In this document: piece by piece, positions 38,595 through 48,304 of the stretch
Position numbering within the stretch: position 1 is the first letter of the stretch
Layout: each line of letters begins with the position of its first letter
IMG/VR virus record: IMGVR_UViG_3300043449_002450
Span: 1-64,000 of that record
Source of the DNA: a virus
Length of the DNA: 64,000 bases
Direction: 5' to 3' (one strand)
Position numbers and translations under genes: made by a program
Notes under the pieces: generated by a model
Told to the model about the DNA's origin: nothing
Seen by the model: the letters and a program-made list of their open reading frames with translations, nothing else
Databases searched by the model: none

Positions 38595-39230
38595 TTACTT
38601 AACAAGAAATGCAGTGTGTGTTCCAGTTTTTTTGATATCATAAAAGAGTTTATTTGCTTGTAAGTACTCATCAACAGCTTGCCTCTGTCCTTCCCACCAG
38701 AAATAATCATCAAGTATTAAGACGCCACCAGTTTCTAAACGTGGAAATAGTGCTTCCATTTCTGACTTTGTAGACTCATACCAGTCTGTATCAAGCCTTA
38801 AAAGTGCAATTCTATTAGGAATGTTATCGTTAATTTTCAATGTCTCAATTACGTCACCAACAACGTATTTGATCATGTCATGAGGATAATTGAACTGTTG
38901 CAGATTATTCTTGACCTCTTCTAGAGGCGCATAACACCATGTATTAATATTTCCATTCTGGTACATCTTCCAATTTTCAAATAACTGACTTGGTGTGTAA
39001 CTTGTAGAGCTTTGTGAAGATGAAAAATCTTTACTGCCTGGCGCGGTTAGACCAGCAAATGTGTCATAAAGCCAAATCTCTCTACTTGTAGAGTTGACTT
39101 GATTTAAAAAAGACAGCCAGATCTGTTGATGCTTACCACTTTGAACACCACACTCAACTAAAGCACCTTGAATATTTTGTTCATGAATGTACTTGATTGC
39201 TTCGAGACCGTCTAAATTTTCTTTGATCAT
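38595..39230 (-). CDS. TylF/MycF-family O-methyltransferase
   Basis: GALVECGV, YDTFAGL, IALLRLDTDWYEST, GGVLILDDY. Confidence 0.92.
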   Translation of the reverse strand: MIKENLDGLEAIKYIHEQNIQGALVECGVQSGKHQQIWLSFLNQVNSTSREIWLYDTFAGLTAPGSKDFSSSQSSTSYTPSQLFENWKMYQNGNINTWCYAPLEEVKNNLQQFNYPHDMIKYVVGDVIETLKINDNIPNRIALLRLDTDWYESTKSEMEALFPRLETGGVLILDDYFWWEGQRQAVDEYLQANKLFYDIKKTGTHTAFLVK

Positions 39231-39868
39231 TTTATTACTACTAAAACATTATTATCTGACATATTCCTGGGATTAGGGATCTTAATGAGACCCATATAGT
39301 TGTATTTATTTCTACTAGAATCTATGTAATTTTCAAAATCGCTGAAGGAAGATTTATCAATATCCTCGATGATAAAAATGCCGCCATCAACAAGAACATC
39401 AACTGAATTTTCAAAAAATATCTTATTTGCATTAAAATTATGCAAGCCATCTTCAATGATGATATCAAATTTCCTATTAATAAATTGCCACATACTGCTG
39501 ATACAAGATGAGTTAGTTTGATCACAGTAAAAAGTCTGTATGCGATCTTCGCTAACTAGTATCTTATCATCAATGTCGGCGCCAAAAATATTAGCTTGTG
39601 AGAAATACTCTCTCCAACCACGAAGCGACCCGCACGGTGTTCCTCTCCCACTCATGTTTGATTCAATCGTTAGATCGTTTGTGCCTAAACCAAGCTCAAA
39701 GACGTTAAGCTGCCTATCTCTAAGGTGTTGAAAAATAAAATGATAGAATGTTGTGTAATTGTGATGACCGCTACCCTTGTCACTACCACAACTGTTCATA
39801 ATCTGACATAAATCTGTGCTACTATTTTGTAGGTTATGTTCTAAAAAATATTGAAATCTATCATTCAT
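39227..39868 (-). CDS. Class I SAM-dependent methyltransferase
   Basis: GSDKG..HNYT, FELGLG, GADID, FDIIIEDGLH, GGIFIIEDI. Confidence 0.85.
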   Translation of the reverse strand: MNDRFQYFLEHNLQNSSTDLCQIMNSCGSDKGSGHHNYTTFYHFIFQHLRDRQLNVFELGLGTNDLTIESNMSGRGTPCGSLRGWREYFSQANIFGADIDDKILVSEDRIQTFYCDQTNSSCISSMWQFINRKFDIIIEDGLHNFNANKIFFENSVDVLVDGGIFIIEDIDKSSFSDFENYIDSSRNKYNYMGLIKIPNPRNMSDNNVLVVIK

Positions 39869-40715
39869 TTTTGTTCTCGCTATGTGATAAAAAATCAAAG
39901 ACAGGAAACCAGTCACCTTCAGGCGGATTATTAAGCCACTGTGTCGAATTAATAACATGACACAGACTTTTATCATTTGCAATTAGAGAAAGGACAGTCT
40001 GATCATCGTCTATTAGGCTCTTCTCAAATAGTTGGTAATTTACAATACTATTGAATTCTTCATAGAATTTTTCTATAAGGACAGATGGCACTACAAAAAA
40101 GCCACCCGGGACAAAAACATTATCATCTAGAGCAAAGAATGTTTCTACGTTGTCAGGAGGAAATATTTCTTTTCGATTAAAAAGAATAACTTTGTCTACA
40201 GTGTCTCTTTCTACTAGACGTTTACCTCTAATTGCGCCTATAAAATCAGGCGCTCTATGTGCAATTCCAAAGTCTATCCATGCCACCTGTTTATCATTGT
40301 CTTCGATTAGATTTCTGTTTTTTGCAAGCTTGAGAATCTCAGGCTTCGAAAACATTGTGGCAACATATTCTGGTCTTGTGTACTCAGGAACTTTGGACGT
40401 ATGACCGCTAATTGTGATTTTTAGCTTCTCTGACTGTTGAATTTTTCTAATTTCATCTAATTTTGAGAAATACGAAAGATTGTTTCTATCAATGATTTCA
40501 AAATTAACTTTTGATCTAAAATTAGGGTGATTTTTGATGATAGGATCTAGAAAATTTTTGAAGTCTTCTTCACAAAAAAGTGTTAAGTCGACTTCAAGTT
40601 CTGAATAAAAACTAAGAAAATTCCAGACATATGTCATGATGGACCTACTACAACCGCAAGTCCAATCTTCTCTTCCTATATCGATGAAGAGACTAAAACA
40701 TTTAAGCAACTTCAT
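39861..40715 (-). CDS. HtrL/WlaTC-like glycosyltransferase
   Basis: FIDIGR, PEY....SK, AWIDFGI, GGFF, IDDDQ. Confidence 0.75.
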   Translation of the reverse strand: MKLLKCFSLFIDIGREDWTCGCSRSIMTYVWNFLSFYSELEVDLTLFCEEDFKNFLDPIIKNHPNFRSKVNFEIIDRNNLSYFSKLDEIRKIQQSEKLKITISGHTSKVPEYTRPEYVATMFSKPEILKLAKNRNLIEDNDKQVAWIDFGIAHRAPDFIGAIRGKRLVERDTVDKVILFNRKEIFPPDNVETFFALDDNVFVPGGFFVVPSVLIEKFYEEFNSIVNYQLFEKSLIDDDQTVLSLIANDKSLCHVINSTQWLNNPPEGDWFPVFDFLSHSENKNE

Positions 40716-40772
40716 TTGTTTATTATATTGATGCTTACTTTTGAGTAAAATTGACATGAAAGGACACACTAG

Positions 40773-41747
40773 ATGAAGACTGCATTGATAACAGGTATAA
40801 CGGGACAAGATGGAAGTTATCTTGCCGAACTTCTCCTAGACAAAGGATACAAAGTCGTCGGTATGAAGAGGAGGACATCGCTTCTTGCCACCGACAGGAT
40901 TGACCACCTTCTCACACACCCAAACTTCCAGCTCGTCTATGGATCGATGAATGACGTAGGCGCTTTTTATCGCCTCTTTTCCGCACAGAAATTTGACGAA
41001 GTCTACAATCTCGCTGCACAATCACACGTTCGAGTCTCATTTGAAGTCCCAGAGGAAACAGTTGATGCAGTAGCAATGGGCCCGCTTCGACTGCTGGAGT
41101 GCATACGCAACGTCCAACCGCGGTGTCGTTTCTACCAGGCATCTTCCTCTGAGATGTATGGTGATAATCCTGAGCACCCACAGAATGAGGACACTCGACT
41201 CATGCCCGCGTCTCCCTACGCCTGTGCCAAGGTCTTTGCGCATGGACTCACTCGCAACTACCGTGAAGGTTATGGCATCCACGCCTCATCTGGTATCCTC
41301 TTCAACCACGAGAGCCCCCGCCGCGGCGAGACATTTGTCACCAGGAAGATCACCCTAGCTGCAGCCCGGATCAAACTCGGCCTACAGGACAAGATTGCTC
41401 TCGGCAATCTCGATGCTCTTCGCGACTGGGGCTATGCCAAGGACTACGTCGAAGCGATGTGGCTCATGCTTCAGCAGGACAAGCCCGATGATTATGTGAT
41501 ATCGACCGGCGAGACACACACAGTTCGTGAATTCTTGAACGAAGTCTTTGAAATTGCAGAGCTAGATGTAGATAGACACCTCGTGATTGACAACAGGCTG
41601 AAGAGGCCTCACGAGGTCCCGTGGCTAGAGGGAGACAGCACCAAAGCGAAAGAGAGGCTTGGATGGACACCAAAGACAACTTTCAAAGGTCTTGCTAAAC
41701 TAATGTACGAATCAGATCTAAAAAATGAAGAAAAGAGGTTAAGATGA
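40773..41747 (+). CDS. gmd: GDP-mannose 4,6-dehydratase
   Basis: ALITGITGQDGSYLAELLL, NLAAQSHVRVSF, FNHESPRRGETFVTRKIT. Confidence 0.96.
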   Translation: MKTALITGITGQDGSYLAELLLDKGYKVVGMKRRTSLLATDRIDHLLTHPNFQLVYGSMNDVGAFYRLFSAQKFDEVYNLAAQSHVRVSFEVPEETVDAVAMGPLRLLECIRNVQPRCRFYQASSSEMYGDNPEHPQNEDTRLMPASPYACAKVFAHGLTRNYREGYGIHASSGILFNHESPRRGETFVTRKITLAAARIKLGLQDKIALGNLDALRDWGYAKDYVEAMWLMLQQDKPDDYVISTGETHTVREFLNEVFEIAELDVDRHLVIDNRLKRPHEVPWLEGDSTKAKERLGWTPKTTFKGLAKLMYESDLKNEEKRLR

Positions 41748-42715
41748 GCATAGCAGTAATAGGACAAGGTTTTGTTGGTGGAAGTCTTACCACTGTGTTC
41801 TCTGAACGTGGAGAAACTGTGTATGTTTATGACAAAGCAGGCAAGCGCGCGCAGGGAGGCATCTCAGAATTTACTAGACAAATTACTAGAGACGTTGTGT
41901 CTCCCAAGTCACTTACTGAATTTATTAGAGAATGTGAAGCTACGTCGGGATTTTCTGGTGTCTATTTTATCTGCGTTCCAACACCGATGTTTGAAGATGG
42001 ATCACCTGATACGAGAATAGTTGAGGACGTTCTTGATCTTATTGCGTCTGCGCCATATGTTGCCGATAGTCCTCAGAGAATTATAGTTATCAAATCTACA
42101 GTGCCACCTGGATCAACAGAGAAATGGAATAAAAAATACAATGATCAAGATCTTTACATCATCTTTAATCCAGAGTTTCTAACCGAAGCAAACGCAATTG
42201 ATGACATGAGAACGCAGAACAGAATTGTTCTCGGCGGTCCGCGTCCCTACATCAATACAGTCAGAAACATCTTCATGCGTGCATTTCCCAAGGTTCCAAT
42301 CATCAAGACAAGCTCCACCACAGCCGAGATGGTAAAATACACAACAAACTGTCTTCTGGCAGTAAAAGTTGCTTTTGCTAATGAAGTTTCCCAAATATGT
42401 GAAGAGCTAGACAAGGATGGTATGAACGTTGACTATGATAAAGTTGTCGAGTATATTAAGTTTGATCCAAGGCTAGGGGAGACACACTGGGCAGTCCCTG
42501 GACCTGTGCCTACCCATGATGGACGTTATGTTAGGGGCTTCGGCGGTCATTGTTTTCCAAAAGACATCAATGCGCTGATGACAGTTGCTAAGCACTATGG
42601 TGTAAGACCTACAGTTATGCAGGCCGCTTGGGATAAAAATCTTGAGATTAGACCTCCGCAGGATAGAGACTGGGAGCGACAAGTTGGTCGTGCTATTAGT
42701 AAAAAAGACTCCTAA
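41744..42715 (+). CDS. ugd: UDP-glucose/GDP-mannose dehydrogenase family protein (short form)
   Basis: IGQGFVG, ICVPTP, IKSTVPPG, NPEFL, GFGGHCFPKD. Confidence 0.85.
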   Translation: MSIAVIGQGFVGGSLTTVFSERGETVYVYDKAGKRAQGGISEFTRQITRDVVSPKSLTEFIRECEATSGFSGVYFICVPTPMFEDGSPDTRIVEDVLDLIASAPYVADSPQRIIVIKSTVPPGSTEKWNKKYNDQDLYIIFNPEFLTEANAIDDMRTQNRIVLGGPRPYINTVRNIFMRAFPKVPIIKTSSTTAEMVKYTTNCLLAVKVAFANEVSQICEELDKDGMNVDYDKVVEYIKFDPRLGETHWAVPGPVPTHDGRYVRGFGGHCFPKDINALMTVAKHYGVRPTVMQAAWDKNLEIRPPQDRDWERQVGRAISKKDS

Positions 42716-42730
42716 GATGTATAATTTATC

Positions 42731-43540
42731 GTGACTACATTCCCAACTGGCAAACAACACGTTTCTTTCTCTGAAGTTAAGATGTGGCATGAGTGCGGGT
42801 GGCGACACAAGCTTGTCCATATTGACAAGGTTGATCTCTCTAAGCCTGCTGAGAGCCCAAGTTTTGGAACTGCAATTCATGCAGAATGTGAAGAATATCT
42901 AGAAAAGAAAACATACAATCTTGAACGACTTGACGAGTCTATACGAAAGACTTGGGAGGTCAATGGCTTTGATAATGCTGATGCATGGATCAAAGATGGC
43001 AAGATAATTCTCGAAGATGTTACCTCATTTCTTGATGAGACATTTCCAGGATGGTCTTTTATTGCTGCTGAGCAAGCGCTTTATGAGCCAATTGAAGGAG
43101 AAGACTTCTTAAAATTTAAGGGCTTTGTTGATGGAATCATTAGAGCAAAAAATAAGCGTGGTCAAGATTGCCTGTGGATTATTGACTGGAAGACATCAGG
43201 ACCTAGAGGCTGGAACTCTGATAAGAAGCGAAATAAGCTAATTCTTGCGCAGCTTGCGCTCTATAAGCATTTCTGTAGTGAGAAATTTCAAATTGATCCT
43301 AAAGATATAAAATGCGGTTTTATACTCTTGAAAAGAGGTGTAAAGCCAGGAAAATCGTGCGAACTTGTAGAAGTTTCTGTAGGACCTAAGACGCTTGAAG
43401 ATGCTAAAAAGCTTGTGCTCAATATGATCAACGGAGTTCGTGCAGGCAAAGCACTAAAAAATCGCACATCTTGCACTTTTTGTGACTATAAAAATACATC
43501 ACATTGTCCTGGATCTGGGCAATACGCAGCATTTACTTGA
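42731..43540 (+). CDS. PD-(D/E)XK nuclease (RecB/Cas4-like exonuclease)
   Basis: FGTAIH, GFVDGI, IIDWKT, QLALY; N-terminal Cys plus CTFCDY....C (possible Fe-S cluster). Confidence 0.87.
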   Translation: MTTFPTGKQHVSFSEVKMWHECGWRHKLVHIDKVDLSKPAESPSFGTAIHAECEEYLEKKTYNLERLDESIRKTWEVNGFDNADAWIKDGKIILEDVTSFLDETFPGWSFIAAEQALYEPIEGEDFLKFKGFVDGIIRAKNKRGQDCLWIIDWKTSGPRGWNSDKKRNKLILAQLALYKHFCSEKFQIDPKDIKCGFILLKRGVKPGKSCELVEVSVGPKTLEDAKKLVLNMINGVRAGKALKNRTSCTFCDYKNTSHCPGSGQYAAFT

Positions 43541-43573
43541 TTTTCACCTGTGCTATTGTTTAGCACAGGTACC

Positions 43574-44818
43574 ATGAGCAAGAAAAAAGTAATTGTTTTA
43601 TCTGATCACGCTTTGTCAACGTCGGGTGTCGGAACACAAACACGCCATCTAATCAATGGCATGATTGGTAAAGGCGACTGGACGTTTAGGCAGTTCGGTG
43701 CTGCTATGAAGCACACTGATTATAGGACTGTTGCCGTTAATGATGATTTTATCATCAAGCCAATTGATGGCTTTGGCAATAGAGACCTAATACGTGTGAC
43801 TTTAGCATCAGAAAAGCCCGATCTTCTTCTTATTTTTACGGATCCTAGATTCTTTATCTGGCTCTTTGAGATGGCCGATGAAGTTAATCAAGTTTGTCCA
43901 ATTGCTTGGTGGCATGTGTGGGATAATCTTCCTTATCCTGCATTTAATGCCCCGTTGTATGAATCAACTAGTCTCATAAATTGTCATTCGCATATGACAT
44001 ATGAGATGATAAAGGAAAAATTTCCTAATAAGACAAACTTCATACCTCATTCTGTGCCCGAAGATTTATTTTTCCCGCTGTCGCAAGTCGAAAGAAGAAT
44101 GTTCAGGAGACAGCTTCTGGGAACGCACAGGGAGGATCACTTCGTCGGTGTGTGGATCAATAGAAATGCAAGGAGAAAGCGTCCCAGCGATGTCCTAGAA
44201 GCATGGAAGATATTTCTAGATGACATGCATAAGAAGCGTGGTCACAAGAAAGCAACTCTAATAATGCATACAGACCCGCTTGACCAAGAAGGGCCAAATC
44301 TTTACGCTGTCGCTGAAAATTTAGGCATATCTGAAAATGTTACCTTCTCTAAAGAAAGGCTACCATTCGACAAGATCAATGTTCTCTACAACATATCAGA
44401 CTTTTGCATTAATATTAGCTTTGCTGAGGGGTTTGGGCTAGGCACACTCGAAGCAATGAACGCCGGTGTCCCAATTATTGCAGCCAAGACGGGTGGTTTA
44501 ACACGTCAGGTTGTTGACCATAGGGACGGCACACACAACGGTGTCGCTCTTGATATTGACTTAAAGACGCTGGTTGGATCACAAACCGTCCCATACATTT
44601 ATGAAGATTATGTGACAAACGAAAATATTGCTAAAGGGATAATGAAGTTCTACAATCTCTCTGACACAGAGCGTCAGGCTCTAGGACAAAAAGCATTCAA
44701 TTATGCAAGATCAGAGTTTAACTTCAATAAGACAATAGACATGTGGCACGAGACAGCGTCTAATCTTTTGGACACGTGGAAGCACAATAGAAAGACATAC
44801 ACAGTTAAGGAGCTCTAA
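43574..44818 (+). CDS. Glycosyltransferase family 4
   Basis: NRNARRKR and EGFGLGTLEAMNAGVPII. Confidence 0.9.
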   Translation: MSKKKVIVLSDHALSTSGVGTQTRHLINGMIGKGDWTFRQFGAAMKHTDYRTVAVNDDFIIKPIDGFGNRDLIRVTLASEKPDLLLIFTDPRFFIWLFEMADEVNQVCPIAWWHVWDNLPYPAFNAPLYESTSLINCHSHMTYEMIKEKFPNKTNFIPHSVPEDLFFPLSQVERRMFRRQLLGTHREDHFVGVWINRNARRKRPSDVLEAWKIFLDDMHKKRGHKKATLIMHTDPLDQEGPNLYAVAENLGISENVTFSKERLPFDKINVLYNISDFCINISFAEGFGLGTLEAMNAGVPIIAAKTGGLTRQVVDHRDGTHNGVALDIDLKTLVGSQTVPYIYEDYVTNENIAKGIMKFYNLSDTERQALGQKAFNYARSEFNFNKTIDMWHETASNLLDTWKHNRKTYTVKEL

Positions 44819-45978
44819 TGAGAATAGTTGTTCGTGCACCATTACTAAGCATTTCAGGTTATGGTCAACATAGCAGGCAAGTCTATGAAGCTGTTAAGAC
44901 AATACCAGATTCTCAAGTGAGCACACAGGTTGTCCAGTGGGGAAACACGTCGTGGTATATCAATTCTGATGCTGAGAACGGGCTGATCGGTGAGATTATG
45001 TCAAGGTCATCTGACCAGTCAAGTGGATTTGATGTGTCATTTCAAGTCCAGCTACCTGATGAGTGGTCACCAAATCTTGCTCGCATCAATATTGGAATAA
45101 CAGCTGCAGTCGAGACAGATCGTTGCAATCCTGAGTGGATCCAGCGGTGCAACCAAATGTCTGCGATTGTTGTCCCATCAGCTTTTACTAAGAGCGTTTT
45201 GACATCTACGGGTGACGTAAAAGTTCCGATCTATGTCATAGGAGAATGGTATATTAAAGAAATCGATCAAGCACCAGAGGCGCTGGATGTAGACTTTAGA
45301 ACACCATTTAATTTTCTTATTGTTAGTCAAATGTCATCTCCTGATTCTACGATTGATAGGAAGAACATCACAAACACCCTTAAGTGGATATGTGAGACAT
45401 TCAAAGATGACCCATCTGTGGGTATAATCTTAAAGACAAATAGTGGTCGTGGAACAGATATTGACAGGCATGTTACTGTCGGAGCTCTTAACCATATTAT
45501 TAGCTCGATAAGACAGACTTCATCCACGCCGATCTATTTGATGCACGGAAATATGACAAATCAAGAAATTGCCTCGTTGTATGTGCACCCAAAGGTAAAA
45601 GCGCTCGTGAGTCTCACGCGCGGCGAAGGATTTGGACTACCGATACTTGAAGCAGCAGCATCAAGCTTACCTGTTGTTGCTACAGATTGGTCGGCTCACA
45701 CTGAGTTTATGAATCTTGGTAAGTGGATTAAGATCGAAAAGCAGAAGATGGTCATACCCACAAGCAGAGTTGATGGAAGAATCTTTGTCGAGGGTGTGTC
45801 TTGGGCAGATCCTTCTGAAGCTGATTTTAAGAAGAAGATTAAGAAGTTTAGAGAGTCGCATATTGTTCCAAAAGGCTGGGCAACAGATCTAGCCAAGATT
45901 TGCAGAACAAGATACACACGTGATAAAATCATTGAAGACTATCAAGGTCTCTTCAACGAGCTGATCGTTAATGTTTGA
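44818..45978 (+). CDS. Glycosyltransferase family 4
   Basis: SGYGQHSR, DRKN, RGEGFGLPILEAAASSLPVVATDWSAH. Confidence 0.9.
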   Translation: MRIVVRAPLLSISGYGQHSRQVYEAVKTIPDSQVSTQVVQWGNTSWYINSDAENGLIGEIMSRSSDQSSGFDVSFQVQLPDEWSPNLARINIGITAAVETDRCNPEWIQRCNQMSAIVVPSAFTKSVLTSTGDVKVPIYVIGEWYIKEIDQAPEALDVDFRTPFNFLIVSQMSSPDSTIDRKNITNTLKWICETFKDDPSVGIILKTNSGRGTDIDRHVTVGALNHIISSIRQTSSTPIYLMHGNMTNQEIASLYVHPKVKALVSLTRGEGFGLPILEAAASSLPVVATDWSAHTEFMNLGKWIKIEKQKMVIPTSRVDGRIFVEGVSWADPSEADFKKKIKKFRESHIVPKGWATDLAKICRTRYTRDKIIEDYQGLFNELIVNV

Positions 45979-46264
45979 GACTATATTTTGCGTGGTTCTT
46001 GCTATTTTAGGTGTATCTGTATACTACAACATCAAATTTGGCCTAATTATCTTGCGCATTGAGGATTCAATAGAAGAATGCTTGGACCAGCTTGATGAAA
46101 GGTATAGGGTAATTTCTAAAATTCTAGAAAAGCCAATATTCTTTGATTCAATAGAGGTCAGACAGACAGTTCAAGAGATTAGGTCAAGTCAAGAGCTGCT
46201 CCTCAAAGTTGCAAATAGGATGTCTAACCTACAGGAGCCTGTCAAAGATGAAAAAGATCAGTAA
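45971..46264 (+). CDS. Small membrane-anchored coiled-coil protein
   Basis: N-terminal hydrophobic helix; coupled ORF. Confidence 0.7.
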   Translation: MFETIFCVVLAILGVSVYYNIKFGLIILRIEDSIEECLDQLDERYRVISKILEKPIFFDSIEVRQTVQEIRSSQELLLKVANRMSNLQEPVKDEKDQ

Positions 46265-46967
46265 GAAGCAGGTGTCCAAGAGCGGTAGCTTGAAGATGTA
46301 TTTTCATGCAGGAACGCATGATGCCATCGTCAGATTTCAACAAGAGGCTCAACAAGAGGTGCGAGATCTCATATACACAATTGAGATACTGCCAGCTTTT
46401 ACCAAGCTTGTTGAAAATCTTATCTTTATACACGGTGCGAATATCGTCGGACCAATTGATGAGTTCAAGAATGACTGCATCAGCTTCCTATACGAGACAT
46501 TGAAGAAATTTGATGCATCTAGAGGGACCAAGGCGTTCTCTTACTTTAATGTTGTTGCTAAAAATTGGATAGTTGTCAAGACACGTCAAAAGATTAAACA
46601 CACCAGAAAACATGTCAACATAGATGACAAGACAGTTGTTCCAGAAATAGAAACACTTGATATTGTTGAGCCTACTTTTGAGATCTATGGTGCAGGTGGA
46701 AAAAAAGCCTTTCAAGCACAACAACTTGAGCTTATGTTCGATGAAGTGAAGTCAAGACTTGATCAAGAACATGAATTGACGTGTATGAACGCAATTATTG
46801 AGATATTTCATAATATTGATGATATTGACTTTTTTAATAAGCGTGCCGTCTTTGTTTACATACGTGAAATGACCAATTTGAACACAAAACAGATATCATC
46901 AGCAATGTCTAACATCAAGAAGCATTATCGAGAATCTATGAAAGACTGTGAGTTCGATATCTTCTAA
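46248..46967 (+). CDS. gp55-like phage sigma factor (region 2 homology)
   Basis: DCISFLYETLKKFDASRGTKAFSYFNVVAKNW resembles sigma regions 2.2-2.3. Confidence 0.72.
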   Translation: MKKISKKQVSKSGSLKMYFHAGTHDAIVRFQQEAQQEVRDLIYTIEILPAFTKLVENLIFIHGANIVGPIDEFKNDCISFLYETLKKFDASRGTKAFSYFNVVAKNWIVVKTRQKIKHTRKHVNIDDKTVVPEIETLDIVEPTFEIYGAGGKKAFQAQQLELMFDEVKSRLDQEHELTCMNAIIEIFHNIDDIDFFNKRAVFVYIREMTNLNTKQISSAMSNIKKHYRESMKDCEFDIF

Positions 46968-46976
46968 GGAGAATAC

Positions 46977-47354
46977 ATGTCTAAAAAGACAGACTCAGAA
47001 AAGATTAATAATCAATTTGATAATCTTAAAGAAAAAGAGGACAAGGTTAAGAAATTTTCTTCTCTCCTGGAGACGATTGAAGGCCTAGATGATAAAAAGC
47101 GTGTTCTTTGGAGCGAAATCTACCATAATGCGCTGACTGATAGAGAGAACGCATCAATACTTTTTACTGATACGATCATACAGATCAAAGGAAATGCAGC
47201 AAATCACAGCATTCTTGGTCCCGTTATTGTCAAATACATTGAAAGAATGTCACGGGCAAATGATCAAATAATAAAGCTCGCTGAGATGATCACTGCAGAA
47301 GAAAACAAGCCTTTAGACACGGGTTCCATCTTTGATAAGATAATGGAGGACTAG
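46977..47354 (+). CDS. Hypothetical helical protein
   Basis: AAGGAG RBS; coupled to the baseplate module. Confidence 0.75.
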   Translation: MSKKTDSEKINNQFDNLKEKEDKVKKFSSLLETIEGLDDKKRVLWSEIYHNALTDRENASILFTDTIIQIKGNAANHSILGPVIVKYIERMSRANDQIIKLAEMITAEENKPLDTGSIFDKIMED

Positions 47355-48304
47355 TGTTTGAAGAAATTTTAGTTATTGACTATATCTCAAGTTACGCTTC
47401 TCTCACAGAAGACCAGCGCGACCAATTAAAAAGAAAAGTTATTGACCCAGGTTTTATAACAAATTGTCCAAATGGGACAATAATCGGCCACTTTATCTCT
47501 AAAGAGAGACTACCTCAAGCGCAAGTTTTTTATCCATTTTTCTCTCACATGCGAGTGCCTATTAAGGCAGGAGAGCGAGCATGGGTATTTGTGAATCACA
47601 CAGAAAGAGTTTCATATTGGCTATCAAGAAAAGTCCAAAATGGTTATGCAGAAGATTTAAATTTCACTCATGATGATCGTGCTTTCTTTGCCAAGAGCGT
47701 CACAAGCGATACGAATACTAAATTATTTCTTGATGCCGATACATCTGGACTTGATCTTGAATCGACAAGAAAAAATGCGATAAGTCGGCCACAATTTACG
47801 GGTCATGTGGTTGTAGGCGTTGCATCAAAATCTCCTGATTTTTTAATACAAGGGTCAAATAGCACTGCAATACAGCTTACAGATGACAGCGGTATAGGAA
47901 AGATACTAATAAAGTCGGGTCTAAAAGATGATATAGCAGCTTCTTTTTCTGCTGTCCAGAATACTGATGGTTACAAAGAAGCGCTAAAGCCAAACACAAA
48001 TCCGCCAACAGCACAAGCAGACACATCTATAATAGAAGTCTCTGCAGGTTTTGGAGTCGTGATTACAGTAGGAGGTGCCAGCATTAGAGTCCAACCCAAC
48101 GGTGACGTTGTTATAACACCGGCACCAGATGGTGTTATTAAGCTAGGCGGTGATGATGCTGATAAAGCTATTCTCTGTCAAGAAGCAATAAGGACGGGAG
48201 GAAATATCGTGGCACCATCAATTGTGTCAACGGCAGGAGGAATATTAGGTGCGCCTAACTATCCTGCAACAGGTCAATTTGCATCCAAAATTTTGGTGAA
48301 GTAA
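47354..48304 (+). CDS. Putative baseplate hub/spike-related protein
   Basis: OB-like N-terminus (FYPFFSHMRVPIKAGERAWV), D.LIQGSNST.I.L beta repeats, position before gp25. Confidence 0.55.
   Translation: MFEEILVIDYISSYASLTEDQRDQLKRKVIDPGFITNCPNGTIIGHFISKERLPQAQVFYPFFSHMRVPIKAGERAWVFVNHTERVSYWLSRKVQNGYAEDLNFTHDDRAFFAKSVTSDTNTKLFLDADTSGLDLESTRKNAISRPQFTGHVVVGVASKSPDFLIQGSNSTAIQLTDDSGIGKILIKSGLKDDIAASFSAVQNTDGYKEALKPNTNPPTAQADTSIIEVSAGFGVVITVGGASIRVQPNGDVVITPAPDGVIKLGGDDADKAILCQEAIRTGGNIVAPSIVSTAGGILGAPNYPATGQFASKILVK

Noticed and set aside
42731-43540. cas4 of a CRISPR-Cas system
   Set aside because: No other cas genes or array are present, and solo Cas4/RecB-like nucleases are common in phages.
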